Source of the DNA: Macrostomum lignano
Taxonomy: Eukaryota
Length of the DNA stretch: 64,000 bases
Assembly: GCA_002269645.1 (NCBI GenBank)
Contig: NIVC01001182.1
Coordinates: forward strand, 248,001-312,000
Direction of reading: 5' to 3'
The notes under the pieces were generated by a model, which was given only the letters and a program-made list of their open reading frames with translations, was not told where the DNA came from and searched no databases. The stretch's first letter is position 1. Each line of letters begins with the position of its first letter. The translations under genes were made by a program, and so were the position numbers. This document shows positions 10,795 through 22,226 of the stretch, in pieces.

Positions 10795-12141
10795 GCTGGG
10801 CCAGCCTCCCAGATCCTCAGTTGCTGGGCCAGCCTCCCAGATCCTCAGTTGCTGGGCCAGCCTCCCAGATCCTCAGTTGCTGGGCCAGCCTCCCAGATCC
10901 TCAGTTGCTGGGCCAGCCTCCCAGATCCTCAGTTGCTGGGCCAGCCTCCCAGATCCTCTGCAGTTGCTGGGCCAGCCTCCCAGATCCTCAGTTGCTGGGC
11001 CAGCCTCCCAGATCCTCAGTTGTTGGGCCAGCCTCCCAGATCCTCTGCAGTTGCTGGGCCAGCCTCCCAGATCCTCAGTTGCTGGGCCAGCCTCCCAGAT
11101 CCTCTGCAGTTGCTGGGCCAGCCTCCCAGATCCTCAGTTGCTGGGCCAGCCTCCCAGATCCTCTGCAGTTGCTGGGCCAGCCTCCCAGATCCTCAGTTGC
11201 TAGGCCAGCCTCCCAGATCCTCTGCAGTTGCTGGGCCAGCCTCCCAGATCCTCAATTGCTGGGCCAGCTTCCCAGTTCCTCAGTTACTGGGCCAGCCTCC
11301 CAGATCCTCAGTTGCTGGGCCAGCCTCCCAGATCCTCTGCAGTTGCTGGGCCAGCCTCCCAGATCCTCAGTTGCTGGGCCAGCCTCCCAGATCCTCAGTT
11401 GTTGGGCCAGCCTCCCAGATCCTCAGTTGCTAGGCCAGCCTCCCAGATCCTCTGCAGTTGCTGGGCCAGCCTCCCAGATCCTCAGTTGCTGGGCCAGCCT
11501 CTCAGATCCTCTGCAGTTGCTGGGCCAGCCTCCCAGATCCTCAGTTGCTGGGCCAGCCTCCCAGATCCTCAGTTGTTGGGCCAGCCTCCCAGATCCTCTG
11601 TTGCTGGGCCAGCCTCCCAGATCCTCAGTTGCTGGGCCAGCTTCCCAGATCCTCAGTTGCTGGGCCAGCCTCCCAGATCCTCAGTTGTTGGGCCAGCCTC
11701 CCAGATCCTCAGTTGCTGGGCCAGCCTCCCAGATCCTCAGTTGCTGGGCCAGCCTCCCAGATCCTCAGTTGTTGGGCCAGCCTCCCAGATCCTCAGTTGC
11801 TGGGCCAGCCTCCCAGATCCTCTGCAGTTGCTGGGCCAGCCTCCCAGATCCTCTGCAGTTGCTGGGCCAGCCTCCCAGATCCTCAGTTGCTGGGCCAGCC
11901 TCCCAGATCCTCTGCAGTTGCTGGGCCAGCCTCCCAGATCCTCAGTTGCTGGGCCAGCCTCCCAGATCCTTAGTTGCTGGGCCAGCCTCCCAGATCCTCA
12001 GTTGTTGGGCCAGCCTCCCAGATCCTCAGTTGCTGGGCCAGCCTCCCAGATCTTCAGTTGCAGGGCCAGCCTCCCAGATCCTCAGTTGCTGGGCCAGCTT
12101 CCCAGATCCTCAGTTGCTGGGCCAGCTTCCCAGTTCCTCAG
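10795..12141 (+). repeat. 28/31-bp minisatellite, family A (CAGTTGCTGGGCCAGCCTCCCAGATCCT +/- CTG)
   Basis: About 46 units. Explains ORFs 10750-12202. Confidence 0.97.
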
Positions 12142-12857
12142 TATTCAACTATTTCAAGTAGATAAACGGGAAACTATTAATTACGTTTCTTGGGAAATTT
12201 AGGAGGCTGATTTTACCGAGTAAAGTGCATTGCGAAGATGGAGGTTTTCATTTTTCGGCACAAGAATTGCTATTGGCTTTTAATCGGACACAAATGCAGT
12301 ATAGAGCTTTTCGCTTAGAAAATAAGATTCGACTAGCAATCTAGTGCCCCCATTCGGGCTGCGCAGTAAGCAAGGAGCTAAATTTATTGGTGCAACTGCA
12401 TTATAAAGCACATTTTCTTACGAACGAATTTCTTTTTCAGTTTTATAAATCACCTTATTTTCATCTCTTGCACACAGTGTTACATATAGTCAGCTATTTT
12501 AATGATAAAGTAGATTTATAAAACCACGCAATGACTAGCTAGAGACGTTGATTTTTATAGTATTTAGGCACAGGACGACATGTAAGATTGTACGTAGAAG
12601 AAAAAATGACATTGAACCCTAATTTTCTAACTGAAGAGCTTTATAAAGATCAATAGAGCTATACTGTAGGAAAGGCACAACATATCAAAAGATGAGCACT
12701 GGGTCTGCCTCCTACCAAAGCAATAAGAGTATTTGTTCTAAAAAATGAATACCTATATCCGTAAGGTATTTTTTCTTGTTTATTACACCGATCAATGGCA
12801 AAAATCAATTGATGCAGACAAAACATTTCTAGTAAATAGTTCATCCGCAATATATGC

Positions 12858-12867
12858 GGGAATTTCC
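12858..12867 (+). promoter_or_regulatory. Canonical kappaB-type site GGGAATTTCC upstream of the Mx-like gene
   Basis: Exact match to GGGRNYYYCC about 280 bp upstream of the proposed ATG at 13143. Function untested. Confidence 0.35.
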
Positions 12868-13142
12868 TAGAAATGCTGAGAGCAGTTCTTTACGTGCACG
12901 TTAAGACCTGAATGTACATTGATGAGAGGAATGTACAGTGTCGCTAGAGCAAGTGTTATAAGCTGGTTAAAATAGGTATATCTACTCGTAGAAAAGCCAA
13001 CGGATAGTGATGTACCAGTGAGCAAAGAGGAGTATATACACCGTTGTTATTCCTAATCTTAAGTTTTAATTTAACTTAAATTTTAAGTTTTCAAAAAACG
13101 CTTTATTTAGTTTTAGCAGAAGAGAAACTGTATCAACCTAAA

Positions 13143-13713
13143 ATGTCATCGCTACGTAGTGCGTCATGCTCTGTAGCAAACAAGCGGGTGAGCCATTTTG
13201 TACTGCATGCTTTGCTTTTGCCATAGAAGTTACTGTAGGAGTCGGAGTGTAGCTCATTGTAGCTCGTAATTCTGTATCTGTAAGTGTTAACGTTAACGAT
13301 TCCCGATCCTGCTGGAACAAGTTGTGTCCTTATTGAGCAAGACACTTAACTCTGCATTGCTTCAGTTCACCCAGCTTTGAAATGGGTGCCAGCATTAGCT
13401 GGGGGATAATTGAGGGTGTGTAGCGACCCCCCTAAGTCCTTGGACTAAACAGCCGTACGCAGTCTTCAGATGCGCCGCGCAATAACTGCGGCTGAGCTGT
13501 CGGTTGCACATCTGCATGGCCCCAATCGGGGCACGTATAACCAATAATATTGATTAATTATATTAACGTAAAATTATCCGTTTGTTTGGTCGTTAAGAAA
13601 ATTCCAGGTTTTGTTACCCACGGCCACGTACTGTCGTTGTTATAGGTCTGTAGCGGAAGACTAATAGAACAAAACGAAAGCTACAAGCTATTTGCTTGTA
13701 AACTTTTGTACTA

Positions 13714-13791
<78 letters not shown>

Positions 13792-13792
13792 T

Positions 13793-13845
<53 letters not shown>

Positions 13846-13846
13846 T

Positions 13847-13899
<53 letters not shown>

Positions 13900-13972
13900 T
13901 TACTACTACTACTACTACTAATACTACTACTACTACTAATACTACTACTACTGCTACTACTACTACTACTGT

Positions 13973-14007
<35 letters not shown>

Positions 14008-14008
14008 T

Positions 14009-14043
<35 letters not shown>

Positions 14044-17000
14044 TTACTACTACTACTACTACTACTACTATTACTACTACTACTACTACTACTACCTTTT
14101 CTCCCACAGCAGCACAAGTCCTCTGACGGCCCGACCCCGGCGAAACAGGTCAAGAGCCCTGGTGCCACTGAGACTGTGTCGCCAGACGCTGCTGCAGACG
14201 CCTCCAAGCCGTTCACTCCAGCGCTCAGTCAGCAGTATCGCGAGCGAATCCGGCCAGTGCTGAACAGCATCGATCGTCTCCGGTCGCACGGCCTACAAAA
14301 TGAGCTCCGCCTGCCCACAGTAGCCGTTGTGGGCGACCAATCGGTAGGCAAATCCAGCGTGCTGGAGGCCATCTCGGGCGTGGACTTGCCGCGGGGTAGC
14401 GGCATTGTGACTCGCTGCCCGCTGCAGCTGAGCATGCGCTCAAAGCCAACTGGAGACTGGACTGGCAGGATTAGGTGAGCATCTTTATAGTTCAGATATC
14501 AATTCACGTCCTTTGAACTCCTGTTTGACTTATTACAGTGTATGCTCACACAGGGTGTGTACAGCGGCCCTGACTTTCGTTCTAATCGTCAGGCTTTGGG
14601 GGGGGGCTGGCCTACGACACCCCCTGGGCCAATATTTGTGCGCACAAGTCCCAAATGAATGTGGTCGTAACATTGAATCGAACCAGGGGTCGTGGCTTTT
14701 TAGTAGATGCGTTTACATTCAACTTCGTTTCAGCCTGGAGCGCAGCGCTTCATTGATATTGTCAAAAATGAAATTGTTTCAAAATTGAAATTGATGAAAT
14801 TGTCTGCTCTTCTCTCCTCTCCCTGTTCTCTCCTCTGTCTCCCCTGTTCTCTCCTCTCTCCCCTCTTCTCTCCTCTCCCTGTTCTCTCCTCTGTCCCCCT
14901 GTTCTCTCCTCTCCCCTCTTCTCTCTCTCCTCTTCTCTCCTCTCTCTCCTCTTCTCTCCTCTCTCCCCTCTTCTCTCTCTCCTCTTCTCTCCTCTCTCTC
15001 CTCTTCTCTCCTCTCTCCCCTCTTCTCCTCTCTCCCCTCTTTTCTCCTCTCTCCCCTCTTTTCTCCTCTCTCCCCCTGTTCTCTCCTCTCCCCCTGTTCT
15101 CTCCCCTCTCCCCCTGTTCTCTCCTCTCTCCCCCTGTTCTCTCCTCTCTCCCCCTGTTCTCTCCCCTCTCCCCTGTTCTCTCCTCTCCCCCTGTTCTCTC
15201 CCCTCTCCCCTGTTCTCTCCTCTCTCCCCCTGTTCTCTCCTCTCTCCCCTGTTCTCTCCTCTCCCCCTGTTCTCTCCCCTCTCCCCCTGTTAGCTCTCTC
15301 CCCCTGTTCTCTCCCCTCTCCCCCTGTTCTCTCCTCTCTCCCCCTGTTCTCTCCTCTCTCCCCCTGTTCTCTCCCCTCTCCCCCTGTTCTCTCCTCTCTC
15401 CCCTGTTCTCTCCCCTCTCCCCCTGTTCTCTCCTCTCCCCTGTTCTCTCCCCTCTCCCCTGTTCTCTCCTCTCTCCCCCTGTTCTCTCCTCTCTCCCCCT
15501 GTTCTCTCCTCTCTCCCCCTGTTCTCTCCTCTCTCCCCCTGTTCTCTCCTCTCTTCCCCTGTTCTCTCCTCTCCCCTCTCCGGTCTTTTCTCTCCTCGCC
15601 CAAAGCCAGCCTGCAAAAGTTCTTCATGTGCTGTGTTCCAAGCTGCAACGTTACAAGTAGCTCGTAGTGCAAGATTCACTGACAAGACACCCTTCAAACC
15701 CCTGACAACAGCTACCAAAATCGCCAGGGCGAGCAGATCGAGCGCAGCATATCGAAAACATGTGAAGTAGACGAAATAGTGCGCAAAGTACAAAACGAAA
15801 TCACTGGCGACTCGAACGGCGTATCTACGGAGCAGATCGACCTGACCATTGAGAGCGCGGATGTGTCCGACCTCACCCTGGTTGACCTGCCCGGCATTGC
15901 CAGGTACTCTGAGAAGAATCCAAAGATCAACGAGGTCACCAAGCAGCTGATTCTGTCTTACATCAGCCAGGAGCAGGTGATCATCCTGGTTGTTGTACCC
16001 TGTAGCGTGGACATCGAGACAGTGGAGGCCATTGCTCTAGCCAAACAGGTGGACCCAGGGGGCACCAGGACGATCGGAGTCCTGACTTGCCCGGACCTGA
16101 CCAACCCTGGCAGCGAGGAGGACATCAAAGCCATCGTCAACAACCAAGGCAGAGTGCGACTGCACAAAGGCTTTGTCATGGTGAAATGCCGCAGTCCCAA
16201 GGAGCTCAGGAACAACATCAGTCTGAGCGAGGTGGCCAAAATCGAGGAGGATTATTTCAAAAACGATCCGCACTTCAGCCAGCTGCCAAAGGATATCGTT
16301 GGCACAAAGACGCTGGCAGAGAAGCTGACAAACGAATTGTTCAAGGCTGTGGCTGCTGGCATTGAGACTCTGGAGGAGAGTCTGAAGGTAAGTCAATTTC
16401 GGATGAAGCAAAACTCCGGCCCGCGAGGCCTCTCTATCCAGCCCCCGGGTCCTTTGAAACTTCAGAGTTACAATCTGGGGATCTGTTTGTGCTTGTGTCT
16501 TCTCAGCTCTCCCCTCTCCTCTCTCCCCTCTTCTTTTGTGTCTCCCTCTCCTCTCCTCTCTCCCCTCTCCTCTCCTCTCTCCCCTCTTCTCTCCTTTCTC
16601 CCCTCTTCTCTCCTTTCTCCCCTCTTCTCTCCTTTCTCCCCTCTTCTCTCCTTTCTCCCCTCTTCTCTCCTTTCTCCCCTCTTCTCTCCTTTCTCCCCTC
16701 TTCTCTCCTTTCTCCCTTCTTTTGTGTCTCCCCTCTTCTCTCCTCTCTCCCCTCTTCTCTCCTTTCTCCCTTCTTCTTTTGTGTCTCCCCTCTTCTCTCC
16801 TCTCTCCCCTCTTCTCTCCTTTCTCCCCTCTTCTCTCCTCTCTCCCCTCTTCTCTCCTTTCTCCCCTCTTCTCTCCTTTCTCCCTTCTTCTTTTGTGTCT
16901 CCCCTCTTCTCTCCTCTCTCCCCTCTTCTCTCCTCTCTCCCCTCTTCTCTCCTTTCTCCCCTCTTCTCTCCTCTCTCCCCTCTTCTCTCCTTTCTCCCCT

Positions 17001-19794
17001 CTTCTCTCCTTTCTCCCCTCTTCTCTCCTTTCTCCCTTCTTCTTTTGTGTCTCCCCTCTTCTCTCCTCTCTCCCCTCTTCTCTCCTCTCTCCCCTCTTCT
17101 CTCCTTTCTCTCTTCTCTCTCCCCTCTTCTCTCCTTTCTCCCCTCTTCTCTCCTTTCTCCCTTCTTCTTTTGTGTCTCCCCTCTTCTCTCCTCTCTCCCT
17201 CTTCTCTCCTTTCTCCCTCTTCTCTCCTCTCTCCCCTCTTCTCTCCTTTCTCCCCTCTTCTCTCCTTTCTCCCTTCTTCTTTTGTGTCTCCCCTCTTCTC
17301 TCCTCTCTCCCCTCTTCTCTCCTCTCTCCCCTCTTCTCTCCTTTCTCCCCTCTTCTCTCCTCTCTCCCCTCTTCTCTCCTTTCTCCCCTCTTCTCTCCTT
17401 TCTCCCCTCTTCTCTCCTTTCTCCCTTCTTCTTTTGTGTCTCCCTCTTCTCTCCTCTCTCCCCTCTTCTCTCCTCTCTCCCTCTTCTCTCCTTTCTCCCC
17501 TCTTCTCTCCTCTCTCCCCTCTTCTCTCCTTTCTCCCCTCTTCTCTCCTTTCTCCCTTCTTCTTTTGTGTCTCCCCTCTTCTCTCCTCTCTCCCCTCTTC
17601 TCTCCTCTCTCCCCTCTTCTCTCCTCTCTCCCCTCTTCTCTCCTTTCTCCCCTCTTCTCTCCTTTCTCCCCTCTTCTCTCCTTTCTCCCTTCTTCTTTTG
17701 TGTCTCCCCTCTTCTCTCCTCTCTCCCCTCTTCTCTCCTCTCTCCCCTCTTCTCTCCTTTCTCCCCTCTTCTCTCCTCTCTCCCCTCTTCTCTCCTTTCT
17801 CCCCTCTTCTCTCCTTTCTCCCTTCTTCTTTTGTGTCTCCCCTCTTCTCTCCTCTCTCCCCTCTTCTCTCCTCTCTCCCCTCTTCTCTCCTTTCTCCCTT
17901 CTTCTTTTGTGTCTCCCCTCTTCTCTCCTCTCTCCCCTCTTCTCTCCTCTCTCCCCTCTTCTCTCCTCTCTCCCCTCTTCTCTCCTTTCTCCCCTCTTCT
18001 CTCCTTTCTCCCTTCTTCTTTTGTGTCTCCCCTCTTCTCTCCTCTCTCCCCTCTTCTCTCCTTTCTCCCCCCTTCTCTCCTCTCTCCCCTGTTCTCTCCT
18101 CTCTCCTCTCCTCCCTTCCCTTTTCTCTCCTCACCTAAAGCCAGTCTGCAAAAGTAAATTTAACATTTTTAATTTTCACGCAGAGCAAGCTGAAGGACTA
18201 CGAAGAGGAGCTGAAAGACCTGGAGGACAGTCTGTGCGAGACAGACAGCGACAAGAGAGCCTACCTGATGCGCAAGCTGCAGCAGTTTGCCTCAAAAGTA
18301 CACGCCGCCACGGCCAGTTCAGAGGACGCATTCGCGACGGGCAGCTCCAGCAGTCTGTACAGCAGCTGTCTGACTAAATGTTCCAGCTTTGGCTACTCTG
18401 TGAGCAGGAGCCAGCCTGGTGAGTTGTTTTTTCATTACGAGTACCATGGCTCATGTACTCGGCGCTATCCACTGACGTCCATGGCAAACTGCCCATTTCA
18501 GACTGGATCGTTGACAACTCGAAAGGCGTACCCGACTATGTCTCCGGCGAGGTGCAGCTAAGAAGAGGACGCGAGCTTCCAACTTTCACATTTGTGTACC
18601 CTATTGTTCAGAAGATTGTATTCGAAAAGTATTTGCCAAAGATAGAAAAGCTGGCGAAGTGGCTACTCGGTGAGGTGCAGTCTCAAGTTACTAAAACGCT
18701 AGAGAAACTGGCCGATGACTGTTTCAAAGCGTTTCCAAGGCTGCTGCTACTTTTGAAAGAAACTGTTGTCAAGGCGATCGAAGCCCAAGAGGCGGAGTGC
18801 CGGGCCGACCTGGCTAAGCTGATTTCACACGAGCGCCGCTTGTTCACTCAGGACAGCCAGTTTTCGGAAAAACTGCGAGTTGTTACAATGCAAAAACAGT
18901 CTCCACATTTTGTTTTTCAGTGAGTGATTGCTTTGATTGGGCGTTTAAGGAAGGGTATGGGTGCTGGCGCCCCTTGGTGCTGGCGCCCGTTTGGTGCTGG
19001 CGCCCCTTGGTGCTGGCGCCCCTTGGTGCTGGCGCCCGTTTGGTGCTGGCGCCCCTTGGTGCTGGCGCCCCTTGGTGCTGGCGCCCCTTGGTGCTGGCGC
19101 CCCTTGGTGCTAAAGCCCCTTGGTGCTAAAGCCCCTTGGTGCTGGCGCCCCTTGGTGCTAAAGCCCCTTGGTTCTAAAGCCCCTTGGTGCTGGCGCCCCT
19201 TGGTGCTAAAGCCCCTTGGTGCTGGCGCCCCTTGGTGCTAAAGCCCCTTGGTTCTAAAGCCCCTTGGTGCTGGCGCCCCTTGGTGCTAAAGCCCCTTGGT
19301 GCTGGCGCCCCTTGGTGCTAAATTCAATCCATACTAGTACAAATAAGCCTCACTATGATGTTAATAATACTTTTAAACTTCCATAATGTTAATAATACTT
19401 TTAAACTTCCATAATGTTAATTAACCGTGACGGTCCTTGACCAATTCATTCCAGGGGACCAACAGCACTAGCCGCCTCAAGCGAGCCGTCACATGAGGAG
19501 CGAATTCGCCTGGGAACCAGAGCCTACCTGATGCTGGCCTCTCAGCGCATCGCGGACACGGTGCCAATGTCTGTGCTGTGCCACATGCTCGACAGCGTTG
19601 CCACCAAGCTGGTTGCCGACATGACCCGACTGTTTGCCGGCGGCAGCGACCAGGTGGACATCCTGGATCTGCTGCGAGAGAAGGAGGGCAGGCAGCGGAG
19701 AAGACGCTACCTGACTCAGGCCGCTTGTCAGATGCGCGAGTCGCGGAAGGAGCTGCAGAGCGCCAAGCAGAACCGCATGCTGCTGGAGGACTGA
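13143..19794 (+). CDS. Mx: Mx-like (myxovirus resistance) dynamin-superfamily GTPase, 6 exons, 692 aa
   Basis: Exons 13143-13187, 14110-14474, 15712-16387, 18184-18418, 18502-18919 and 19455-19794 give 2079 nt; all are GT-AG and phase-consistent. Motifs: Mx-type N-terminal helix ([19 protein letters not shown]), G1 [22 protein letters not shown] (G2), DLPG (G3), stalk RGRELP, and GED ([15 protein letters not shown]). There is no PH or proline-rich domain. Exon 1 is the least certain. Confidence 0.93.
13244..13545 (+). mobile_element. tRNA-derived SINE with CORE(MIR)-like central domain, near full length, in Mx intron 1
   Basis: A-box-like GTAGCTCATTG (13249) and degenerate B-box (ACGATTCCC). 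The segment GAGCAAGACACTTAACTCT...CAGTTCACCCAGCT..AAATGGG resembles the CORE consensus. Two further partial copies are in the window. Confidence 0.7.
13709..14095. repeat. (ACT)n microsatellite, about 390 bp, ending at the Mx exon 2 polypyrimidine tract
   Basis: Direct; explains the poly-T/V/S/Y ORFs. Confidence 0.98.
14805..15590. repeat. CT-rich low-complexity tandem array, Mx intron 2
   Basis: Units such as CCCCTGTTCTCTCCTCTCT. Confidence 0.95.
16495..18132. repeat. CT-rich tandem array with interspersed TTTTGTGTC units, Mx intron 3
   Basis: Units of about 19 bp (CCCCTCTTCTCTCCTTTCT). Explains ORFs 16489-18377. Confidence 0.95.
18959..19320. repeat. 16-bp minisatellite (TGGTGCTGGCGCCCCT / TGGTGCTAAAGCCCCT), Mx intron 5
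   Basis: Direct periodicity. Confidence 0.95.
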
Positions 19795-21102
19795 GACAAG
19801 CGATTCTGCTTGAGATGAAACATGGAAGGTGGTTTATGCGGCTTTAACCTAAACTAATGATAAAAGTTTGAATGGATCGCTACACTATACCATCGCACTG
19901 ACTCCTGGCTGAACTACTTTTCGAAATAACCCTGACGACCTTAACTATACATAGCTACTCGCTGCAGTACTTCTCTGCTCGGTATCCATCTATAACCAGT
20001 TGTTTTAAACAGTTGAATTCAATCTCGCTACAAATCTCTTTATAAGTATTTAATCGTCTAAAAGCATGATAAAAAACATCTTTGTGTTTGATTAAAATTC
20101 GTACTTTAACACTTTGTTTTCTACTCTTTTCTACCTACATTAGTCGCTTATAAGGCCAATAAAATCCTTTTAATTGCTAAAACAAAAATGGTTTCTGCTT
20201 ATTAATAAATACACAATTAAAGTTGCTAAAGTTGGGCAAATTCTGCTCAAATTAAATTACTCGTAAATAAATAAAAGGCGTGATTATTACAGTCACTTGT
20301 TACCTTGAAGTACTCGTAAAACAGGACGTAACACTTAAAGATCATATGGAAATTGTTTGGAGACCAATTTCCTGGGAAATGCACTGCGGAGATAATAAAA
20401 ATCCTATTTAATCAAAACAAAATTGAAATGATTTCATTTTATCTGGGGCAGTGAATATTACCATTATTTTAATTTACCATTGTTGCCCCGCTGTATTGTA
20501 GAAAAAATGCGCTTCGAAATGAAACTACGCCTACCATAGTGGCGCTCAAGAGCAGTACCTGAATGCAACATTTTATTGACAAATATGAATCATTAAAAAT
20601 GAACGAATCAATCAATCAAATGCAATCATCATTTATTTTGTGATTAAAATGATTTTTTTAATATCTCCACAGAGTACTTTTTCCAGAAAGTCGGCCTCCA
20701 AAAAAATTACACGATGTTTGAGTTTTACATGTAGGTCCAGTTTTACTAAAGTGGTACTTATTTACTTCAAGCTACGAACTTCAGCCTGAAGCAAGCATTA
20801 CTCTCATGGAAATTCTACGGTTTTTCCATGGATTTTCCGAAACAAAGTTTCCCTTACTGCGCACTACTGTTTACTCTAGCTGGTATATCAAAAGCAATCA
20901 TGATGGCAATGCATTTTTTCGGAATTTTATTGACCCCTAAAAATTGAACACTAGGAAAACAATTGAAAACGGGTCGCTTAAACTAAGATAAAACAGCAAT
21001 TGGTATATTTAAAGATTTTACAGATCCTAATGATAAAAGCACTGTTTTTTCTTGGATTTGACAACAGTCTTGAAAAACCGCTTTGGTCAGCAGCCTAAAG
21101 TC

Positions 21103-21380
21103 CCCAGTTGCTGGGCCAGCCTCTCAGATCCACACTTGCTGGGCCAGCCTCCCAGATCCTCATCAGTCACTGGGCCAGCCTCCCAGAGTGTCAGTTGCTG
21201 GGCCAGCCTCCCAGAGTTTCAGTTGCTGGGCCAGCCTCCCATGAGCGTCAGTTGCTGGGCCAGCCTCCCAGATCCACATCAGTGGCTGGGCCAGCCTCCC
21301 AGATCCTCATCAGTCGCTGGGCCAGCCTCCCAGATCCTCATCAGTCGCTGGGCCAGCCTCCCAGATCCTCAGTTGCTGGG
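21103..21380 (+). repeat. Minisatellite family A, diverged copy
   Basis: Same GCTGGGCCAGCCTCCCAGA core. Confidence 0.9.
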
Positions 21381-22086
21381 ATACATGTAGCTGCAGCAGC
21401 AGTGCGGTGTATACTTTATAATCCTAGCGAGGAAAAACAGCAATCGTAAGTGTTCGTAACATTGTAGTCCCGTCTGCTGCTGCCTTTTGTGAAAAACAAG
21501 AAACAGTCGAATTAGCTTTTTATTTTTAGTTCGTCGATCGTCAGTCTTACGCAACCATGGCGATTACATGTTTATATATAAATCTTCACCTTTTGATGCT
21601 TTATCGCTTTTGCCGACACAGAAGAAATTTTTCTTCAGCTTCTAGACAAGAAATTTCATCTTTTCGATCGAGCATTGAAAAACTATTTTCGAGATTTTGG
21701 GAACTATCATAAGATGTTAAAATAGCCCAAGAGAACTATAATTATAATAATTAATAATTAGCCATGGAATTGAAGACACTGCAGATTCACCTACTTACTG
21801 GGTTGCCCTGACAACGGCTGCTCTGAACTCTGCCGGTATGCCTGTTGAGCTGCAACAAGCAACCGCTAACACTTCGGTGAGAGCCAGCTGCTGTGCTCAA
21901 TAAATTAACAATAGATTCAGTTATAATGCATGTATCTTCCTAGTTAAAAAATGTACCCGAATATCTCTTATCTACTTGAAAGGAACAAAATTTCAGTCTT
22001 GAGAAGGCAGGTGTCTTTCAGCATTGTGAAGGCAGTTATATTCAGTAAAATATTCGGTCTTGTGAAAGCGACAGCGTCACAGCGAG

Positions 22087-22226
22087 GCTGTAAAATGGGT
22101 GCCAGCAGTAGCTGGGATAATTGAGGGTTTGCGTGGCGACCCCCCAGTCCTTGGACTGAACAGCCGTACGCAGCCTTCAGATGCGCCGCGCAATGGCTGC
22201 GGCTGAGCAGTCGGTTGCACATCTGC
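22087..22226 (+). mobile_element. 5'-truncated copy of the CORE-like SINE
   Basis: GCTGTAAAATGGGTGCCAGC...CAGATGCGCCGCGCAA...GGTTGCACATCTGC aligns with 13373-13516. Confidence 0.85.

Noticed and set aside
7380-12202. Long repetitive ORFs (LLGQPPRSS..., GFRGRVSG...) as proteins; also those at 13614-14216, 16503-18134, 35412-38670, 40627-41539 and 43901-44597
   Set aside because: They are open in several frames and on both strands, and are direct translations of minisatellites.
15779-18157. 792-aa ORF: Mx GTPase fused to a long Ser/Pro/Leu tail
   Set aside because: The pyrimidine-only repeat cannot contain stop codons. A strong donor AAG|GTAAGT at 16388 and an in-phase acceptor at 18183 restore the Mx stalk.
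21790-21895. Possible isolated minus-strand exon (CAG acceptor, GTAAGT donor)
   Set aside because: No partner exons or recognisable protein; insufficient support.
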